DNA of 55,748 nucleotides from Nanobdellota archaeon. GTDB lineage: Archaea > Nanobdellota > Nanobdellia > Parvarchaeales > Parvarchaeaceae. Below, piece by piece: positions 55,709 to 55,748 of the stretch. Location of the stretch: contig JAJZMG010000040.1 of the NCBI GenBank assembly GCA_021798355.1, forward strand, positions 1 to 55,748, read 5' to 3'. Each line of letters begins with the position of its first letter. Within the stretch, counting starts at the first letter, position 1. The position numbers and the translations under genes were made by a program. The notes under the pieces are model-generated. The model was not told where the DNA came from. It searched no databases and saw nothing but the letters and a program-made list of their open reading frames with translations.

Positions 55709-55748
55709 ATTTAATATTTCTTTTGATTGTGCCGGTATTAGGTATATC
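55702..55748 (+). CDS. nuoM: Start of the next membrane subunit (probably nuoM), truncated by the window edge
   Basis: The ATG at 55702 overlaps the nuoL stop (ATGGTAA). The hydrophobic start is MVNLIFLLIVPVLGI. Confidence 0.4.
   Translation, partial: MVNLIFLLIVPVLGI

Noticed and set aside
1-55748. Search by eye for CRISPR arrays, rRNA genes, IS elements/transposases, integrases and long perfect inverted repeats
   Set aside because: I saw no regularly spaced direct repeats, rRNA-like GC-rich blocks, DDE/tyrosine-recombinase motifs in any listed ORF, or terminal inverted repeats. A short array or degraded IS could be missed without computation.

Overview
Visibly AT-rich, very gene-dense archaeal chromosomal segment. 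The archaeal assignment rests on Topo VI A/B, RFC small and large subunits, an A1A0 (A/V-type) ATP synthase operon, Cdc48/VAT, SMC plus ScpA/ScpB, archaeal-type LeuRS and ProRS, ribosomal protein S17e, Elp3, an NFACT/Rqc2 homolog, a class-III-signal-peptide pilin and tRNA-Gln with A1:U72. I support about 60 CDS, 3 intron-less tRNAs (Arg-CCU, Thr-GGU, Gln-UUG) and one RNase P RNA that the ORF track shows only as a spurious antisense ORF. I also add a 5'-complete, 3'-truncated surface-protein gene at the left edge and a short rpl29 gene, both absent from the ORF track. I saw no rRNA, CRISPR array, intact transposase or integrase. Genes are short, Lys/Glu-rich and often overlap by 1-16 nt. The ribosomal-protein cluster (L2-S19-L22-S3-L29) and the complex I genes (nuoJKLM) occur as isolated fragments. 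This suggests a small-genome archaeon (DPANN/ARMAN-like or a Thermoplasmata relative), which is inference only. Most of the window is housekeeping. The regions I would look at again are: (i) a ~3 kb tRNA-Gln-adjacent accessory island (27.3-30.3 kb) bounded by shared 14-nt and 10-nt motifs, with unusually long non-coding spacers and orphan genes; (ii) a tightly coupled operon of DUF929-like protein, disordered/wHTH protein, KaiC-like ATPase, RFC-S and a degenerate RFC-L; (iii) an ~80-aa insertion in the ATP-binding fold of Top6B; (iv) uncharacterised small proteins tightly linked to Cdc48 (1-nt gap) and to the NFACT/Rqc2 homolog (2-nt gap); (v) a HIT protein lacking the nucleophilic histidine; (vi) an unusual tRNA-Thr T-loop. 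No family assignment has been checked by database or HMM search. All come from reading motifs in the supplied translations or my own translation of the sequence.
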